NCBI GenBank assembly: GCA_963750165.1
Contig: CAVVPN010000012.1
Coordinates: 864,001-928,000 of the forward strand
Length of the DNA: 64,000 nucleotides
From: an uncultured Gemmataceae bacterium
Lineage (GTDB): Bacteria; Planctomycetota; Planctomycetia; Gemmatales; Gemmataceae
Reading direction: 5' to 3'
Each line of letters starts with the position of its first letter. Positions within the stretch are counted from its first letter, which is position 1. Position numbers and translations under genes: made by a program. Of this stretch, positions 59,799 through 64,000 are shown piece after piece. The notes under the pieces were generated by a model. The model worked only from the letters and a program-made list of their open reading frames with translations. It was not told the origin of the DNA and searched no databases.

Positions 59799-61565
59799 AT
59801 GACCCGCGAGACCAAGCTTTGTCTGGGGATGGCCGGCGCGTTCGTCAGCTTGCTGACGGTCGTGGTCGTCAACAAACTGCAGGAAGGCGAACCGCCGGCG
59901 ACACCGGTGGTGGTGCGAACCGAAACCAAACCGGAGGTCCCGAGCAAACCGAAACCGGCGGCCAAATCGCTACCGGAATCCGAGGTAAAACAGGCCGTCA
60001 ATACTCAACCGGGCCATTTACCTCCGCTGCCGGCGACACAGGAGATCAAGCCGGACACTCTCCAGGTGCCTGCGGTGGCGCCGACTTACGGGAACTACAA
60101 CACCACGGCTCCTCCCGTGCCGTTACCGGAGAACAAATCGGCTACCTTTGGCGCACCGACGGCTTTGGCGCCACCCGTACCGCTGCCGCCCGACGGCCAG
60201 ACGACGCCGGCGAAGACCCCGAACACCCATCCGAACCAGCTGGTGAGCCAGGCGCCCGCAACCACCAATCTCAATGGCCCGGCCCCGACCTTCAACATCC
60301 CGCCGGTCACGGGCAAGGACAGCTTCAACACGAATGGTGCGTCGCTGGTGAAGCCCGCGTCTGCCCAGAGCCCGGGAAATGACAAGAACCTGCCACCGGT
60401 GCCGTCGGTGCTGCCGACGCCGGTGCCGCCGACCGACCTGAAGCCGAACGCGCCGCCGGCCATTCCGACTTCCTCGGGAGTGCAGCAAAAGAACGACAAA
60501 AGCCCGGTCACTGAGGACGTGTTGAAGAAGCAGGTGATGGCAATGGGGCAACCTCCGGTTCCGGCGGCACCGACCCCGGCCGTCTCCACTGCCCCGGTAA
60601 TTCCCGCGGTAAATGCGTCGGACCTCAAGCCGATCGTGCCGCCCGTCGCGCCCAGCAACACCGGCAAGCCCGGCGGGTCGTCCGGCCCTCCGACGCCCAT
60701 GTCACCCGACTACTTGACGAACTCGAAGCCCCCGGCGGTCCAGCGCCTTGACAACCTCGCGCCGCCGCCGACCGCACCGCTGGCTCTGAACGGCGGCGCG
60801 CCGAAGCCGGGTGAACCGCTGCCGCCGGTGTCAATTCCCAACGCGGGCGGAGTCCAGACCGGAGCACCCGCGCTGCGGCCCAGCCCTGCGACGATGCAGC
60901 AGCCACCGGTCACGGTCGGCGCGACGCCGGTGGTCAAGGACTTCCTGGTACAGAACATCACCCTCAAGCCGGAGGACACGAATTTCGCCGAGTTCACCAG
61001 GCAGCACTGTATCTCGGCGAGCTACGCCCAGGCGCTGCTCCAGTACAACCTCGAAGAGAATCCAGCGAACTCGGGCCTGCGGCAAAATCCGCCGCAAATG
61101 CAACCCGGGATGACGGTCAAGGTGCCGCCGGTGAGTGTGCTGGAGGATCGTTATCCGCACCTGCTGCCCGGACTGAAGCCGCTGACGCCCACGCCGGCCC
61201 CCGCAGCCGCTCCGCCGCCAGCCGCCGTCAACCCACAGCTGCGCACGTCCTCCATGTCGCCAGCGGCCGAGCCCACGGTATCGGTGAGCACACTGCCGGC
61301 GGCCCCGGTGCGGTCGTCCGTGCCGGTGGTGGCCGCGCCCGCTGCACCGGTGATTCCCGCTGGGCCGCCGGTCGCGAGCACGGGCGGCGCCGTTGCGACC
61401 GCGGGCTCACGGCAGTATGTCGTTCAGGTGCAGGGAGAACGGATGCGAGACATCGCCGAGCGGACGCTCGGAGATCCCGAACGGTGGAGCGAAATTTATC
61501 GGCTGAACGAGACGATCAACCCGGCGTATCCGATCCCCGTCGGCACGACGCTGCGGTTGCCGTGA
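59799..61565 (+). CDS. Bitopic Pro-rich protein with C-terminal LysM domain(s)
   Basis: AAGGAG RBS; N-terminal TM; long P/T/A linker; YVVQ..GERMRDIAERTLGDPERWSEIYRLN...GTTLRLP, plus a degenerate LysM-like unit (YAQALLQYN..QPGMTVKVP). Confidence 0.82.
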   Translation: MTRETKLCLGMAGAFVSLLTVVVVNKLQEGEPPATPVVVRTETKPEVPSKPKPAAKSLPESEVKQAVNTQPGHLPPLPATQEIKPDTLQVPAVAPTYGNYNTTAPPVPLPENKSATFGAPTALAPPVPLPPDGQTTPAKTPNTHPNQLVSQAPATTNLNGPAPTFNIPPVTGKDSFNTNGASLVKPASAQSPGNDKNLPPVPSVLPTPVPPTDLKPNAPPAIPTSSGVQQKNDKSPVTEDVLKKQVMAMGQPPVPAAPTPAVSTAPVIPAVNASDLKPIVPPVAPSNTGKPGGSSGPPTPMSPDYLTNSKPPAVQRLDNLAPPPTAPLALNGGAPKPGEPLPPVSIPNAGGVQTGAPALRPSPATMQQPPVTVGATPVVKDFLVQNITLKPEDTNFAEFTRQHCISASYAQALLQYNLEENPANSGLRQNPPQMQPGMTVKVPPVSVLEDRYPHLLPGLKPLTPTPAPAAAPPPAAVNPQLRTSSMSPAAEPTVSVSTLPAAPVRSSVPVVAAPAAPVIPAGPPVASTGGAVATAGSRQYVVQVQGERMRDIAERTLGDPERWSEIYRLNETINPAYPIPVGTTLRLP

Positions 61566-61623
61566 ACGGACGCCGCTGGCGGCGTAGCGGAAGCGCGCTA
61601 CGCCGCTCGAGCGGTTCGCAGTT

Positions 61624-61691
61624 GGGTGTAGCGGAAGTCGCCAGACTTCCGTCCGGTGCTGCTCGGAAGTCTGGCGACTTCCGCTACACCC
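61624..61691. repeat. REP-like palindrome (GGGTGTAGCGGAAGTCGCCAGACTTCCG...CGGAAGTCTGGCGACTTCCGCTACACCC)
   Basis: Perfect 28-bp arms with GTAG near the end, between convergent genes. Confidence 0.88.
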
Positions 61692-61723
61692 ATTCGCAAT
61701 CTGCAATAGCGGCACCCCACGCT

Positions 61724-62076
61724 CTAGAACTGGTCGAGCCAGAAGTGGAAGCCTCTGTAGTACTTCTGTGGCTGCCACAGTTCGTAGCGCCACTTCGGTT
61801 CGAGGAACGGCGGATAGGCCATGTACGCCGGTGGCCGCATGTAGGGCGCCCCTGCGGCTCAGGCCATTGCGGACTGTACGCCGGCCAGTAGTTGTGCGGG
61901 AAGTAGTAGTAAGGGTAGTAGTAGAACCGTTGCAGCTGGTACGCCTGCGACTGGTTCTGGAACTGGTTGTACGGCGGAGACGGATACGGCGGATGCTGGG
62001 CTTCGCTTTGCGACGCCAGCAGCCCCACCAGGCCGAGCGACCCAGCGAGCAGGGCGGCCCACGTTCGACGTGCCAC
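61724..62076 (-). CDS. Small secreted Tyr/Pro/Trp-rich protein, frameshift at ~61849
   Basis: AGGAGG RBS and GTG start; signal peptide; RFYYYPYYYFPHNYWP, then (other frame) PYMRPPAYMAYPPF..WRYELWQPQKYYRGFHFWLDQF*. Confidence 0.75.
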
Positions 62077-62358
62077 GGTCTGTCCTCCTGACAAGACGCC
62101 TCTTTGCGATTCCTTCCCTCTTCACTCTAGCCGAGAAAACCACCCGCCGCCGACCCCGGCCAGCCGGAGGGGGACTTTTTTCGAGAGTGGACACCAAAAT
62201 TTTCCGCCCGCGCCACTTTTTCTTTCTACAACAAAATTAGCGGGTACTACGTTTTCACTGTGGGTAACATGAGCAATATTCAAGATTTATATCGATTCCA
62301 GAAAATATGAATAAATATAGCGAATAAATAGTCTCCGGTGACTGGGCAAATTTTACCG

Positions 62359-62387
62359 TTGCAATCACTAACTTGGGCTGTTATAAG
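62359..62387 (+). promoter_or_regulatory. Putative sigma70 promoter
   Basis: TTGCAA-17 bp-TATAAG downstream of a very AT-rich tract (62200-62335). Confidence 0.5.
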
Positions 62388-62466
62388 GTTGCCTTCTTGT
62401 AAATCCGGTGAACGGAACCGGGTTGGAACGAGGTGTCAACAACTTTGCATCAGGAGGAATCTACGG

Positions 62467-63177
62467 ATGTACACCTCAGTGACAGTTCTCGCCCTGTCGA
62501 GCGTGCTGGCCTTGTCAGGTGCGGAGGGACCGAGCTGGTCGAAAGACTACGCGGCGGCGCGGAAGCAGGCGGCGAACGCCGGTAAGCCGGTGGCGGTGTT
62601 CTTCGGCAGCGGCCCGGCCGGCTACGAGAAGGTAGCCCGCGACGGCGGCTTCAACGCCGCGACGCTCAAGGCCCTGGCAGACAACTACGTCTGCTGCTAC
62701 GTGGACGTGAGCACGCCGGCCGGTCAGGCGTTGGCGAAGGCGTTCGAGATCAGCAAGGGCGTCGGCCTGGTGCTGAGCGATCGCACCGGCAAGTTGCAGG
62801 CGTTCTCCTGTGACGGCGACCTGTCCGTCGCGGACCTGCGCCGCTGCCTGGAGCGCTTCGCCGATCCGAACCTGGTCGTGCGCACCACCGTGACCGACCT
62901 GAACGAGCGGACGAGCTATTATTCGCCGTCGAGCGTCGCGGTCAGCGGCTACAACGCGGCGGCCTCGGCCGGCATCACCTACGGCGGCATGGGCTACGGC
63001 GGCATGGGCTACGGCGGCATGGGCTACGGCGGCATGGGCTACGGTGGCATGGGCTACGGCGGCATGGGCTACGGTGGCATGGGCTACGGTGGCATGGGCT
63101 ACGGCGGCATGTTCGGTGGCGGCGGCTCCTGCCCCACGTGTGGCGGTGGTGGCGGCTTCGGCGGCCGGCGTCGTTGA
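62467..63177 (+). CDS. Secreted thioredoxin-like fold protein with (GGMGY)n tail
   Basis: AGGAGG RBS; WSKDYAAARKQA...KPVAVFF...YVCCYVD; 15-bp tandem repeat; terminal CPTC...RRR. Confidence 0.75.
   Translation: MYTSVTVLALSSVLALSGAEGPSWSKDYAAARKQAANAGKPVAVFFGSGPAGYEKVARDGGFNAATLKALADNYVCCYVDVSTPAGQALAKAFEISKGVGLVLSDRTGKLQAFSCDGDLSVADLRRCLERFADPNLVVRTTVTDLNERTSYYSPSSVAVSGYNAAASAGITYGGMGYGGMGYGGMGYGGMGYGGMGYGGMGYGGMGYGGMGYGGMFGGGGSCPTCGGGGGFGGRRR
62980..63112 (+). repeat. 15-bp coding tandem repeat TACGGCGGCATGGGC (8 full units plus a partial)
   Basis: Directly visible. Confidence 0.92.
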
Positions 63178-63178
63178 G

Positions 63179-63272
63179 CAGTGGTCCGTTGTCCGTTGTA
63201 ACGATCAGGGTTGCGGCACTGGGAAGTTCCTGGTGCCGCAACCCTTTTTCTTCCACGGACCACGGACCACTG
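63179..63272. repeat. Heptamer-unit inverted repeat (GTGGTCC/GTTGTCC ... GGACCAC)
   Basis: CAGTGGTCCGTTGTCCGTTG ... CCACGGACCACGGACCACTG. Confidence 0.7.
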
Positions 63273-63370
63273 GCCAAGGGCCAGATTGTGTCCCATACTT
63301 GGTGAACGGAACGTGGACTGCACTCACCGCGCGCCCTGCCGGCGCCGACCCTTTTACCCCTGGCATCCCT

Positions 63371-64000
63371 ATGTCCACTGTCTTTTCATTCCGGCCTGGG
63401 CCGCAGGGGCATACGCTGCTGCCGTTCATCGCCCGCTTCACGATTCTGTTGATCCCCTCGGGGCTGCTGCTGCTGGCCAGCCTGCGACACCCGCAGGGGC
63501 ACAATCTCATGCTCTGGTGCGGCACCGCGTTCCAGGGCATTGTCTGCGCCATGACGATGCTCAACCGCCGTAACTGGCGGCAACCGCTGGGGCCGTCCGT
63601 CATCACGCTGTACCTGATCGCCCTGGCCTGGCTGTGGTTCGGCGACGGCCGCGATGACTGGTTCACCCACCTGGCCAAGGCGATCCTGCTGGTGGTGCCG
63701 CTCTGCGTCTTCGCGCAGCTGACGCTGGTCGAGTCCGGGGCGACGGCCATTCGCAAGGCCCGCACCCTGTCCGACCGCCTCTCCGGCCGCAAGGACTGGC
63801 CCGCCGACCTGAACACCTGCCGATCGCTGCCGGAGGTCAAGGCGTTCCGCGCCGCGCTGTCCATCGACGCGGCGCCGGCGCTGGCGCTCTTGCAACATCC
63901 GCGGATCGAGGTGCGCGTCGCGGCGCTGGCGGCGCTGGAGTTCCGCCGGGACTGGCGGCCCGGTCAGGCCGAGTTGGTGTTGCAGACCGCTCAGCGTGCC
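63371..64000 (+). CDS. Membrane protein with HEAT-like repeats (partial, runs off the window)
   Basis: MSTVFSFRP..., four hydrophobic helices, then LLQHPRIEVRVAALAALE; frame open to the window end. Confidence 0.7.
   Translation, partial: MSTVFSFRPGPQGHTLLPFIARFTILLIPSGLLLLASLRHPQGHNLMLWCGTAFQGIVCAMTMLNRRNWRQPLGPSVITLYLIALAWLWFGDGRDDWFTHLAKAILLVVPLCVFAQLTLVESGATAIRKARTLSDRLSGRKDWPADLNTCRSLPEVKAFRAALSIDAAPALALLQHPRIEVRVAALAALEFRRDWRPGQAELVLQTAQRA

Noticed and set aside
62190..62340. AT-rich tract as replication origin
   Set aside because: Only one imperfect DnaA-box-like 9-mer (TGTGGGTAA) and no dnaA/dnaN nearby; better explained as a divergent promoter region.

Overview
High-GC bacterial chromosome segment with the hallmarks of a planctomycete (Gemmataceae-like): a DUF1559 protein, a TIGR03067 protein, two DUF11/OmcB-like proteins, a Planctomycete-extracellular signal motif, a membrane-anchored ECF sigma factor and an 'MTEAEWL...HVRGCW' paralogue. 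Housekeeping genes are thrC, rnd, polA-coaE-rho-ribH, rsmH and a Nif3-like gene. Accessory content includes a Tad-type secretin/lipoprotein/TPR module, an ABC exporter, a SIS/SDR/dipeptidase/DcuC cluster, several low-complexity secreted proteins (YXWGXW, Cys-rich YTV-like, Tyr-rich, GGMGY-repeat) and a SWIM-ligase-WGR DNA ligase. The most notable system is a complete Wsp-type chemosensory operon whose WspR-like receiver is fused to a PP2C/SpoIIE phosphatase instead of a GGDEF cyclase. Other candidates are an Sm/LSm-like small protein, a structured (possibly 6S-like) RNA upstream of polA, a 32-aa 'WIDLGGEG' peptide, and many palindromic REP-like and 7-/9-mer tandem hairpin repeats, some inside coding sequence. 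About ten genes carry single frameshifts, mostly beside GCGC, and these are probably sequencing artefacts. No rRNA, tRNA, CRISPR or transposase was recognised. All calls come from reading the sequence and recalled family motifs; no searches were run.
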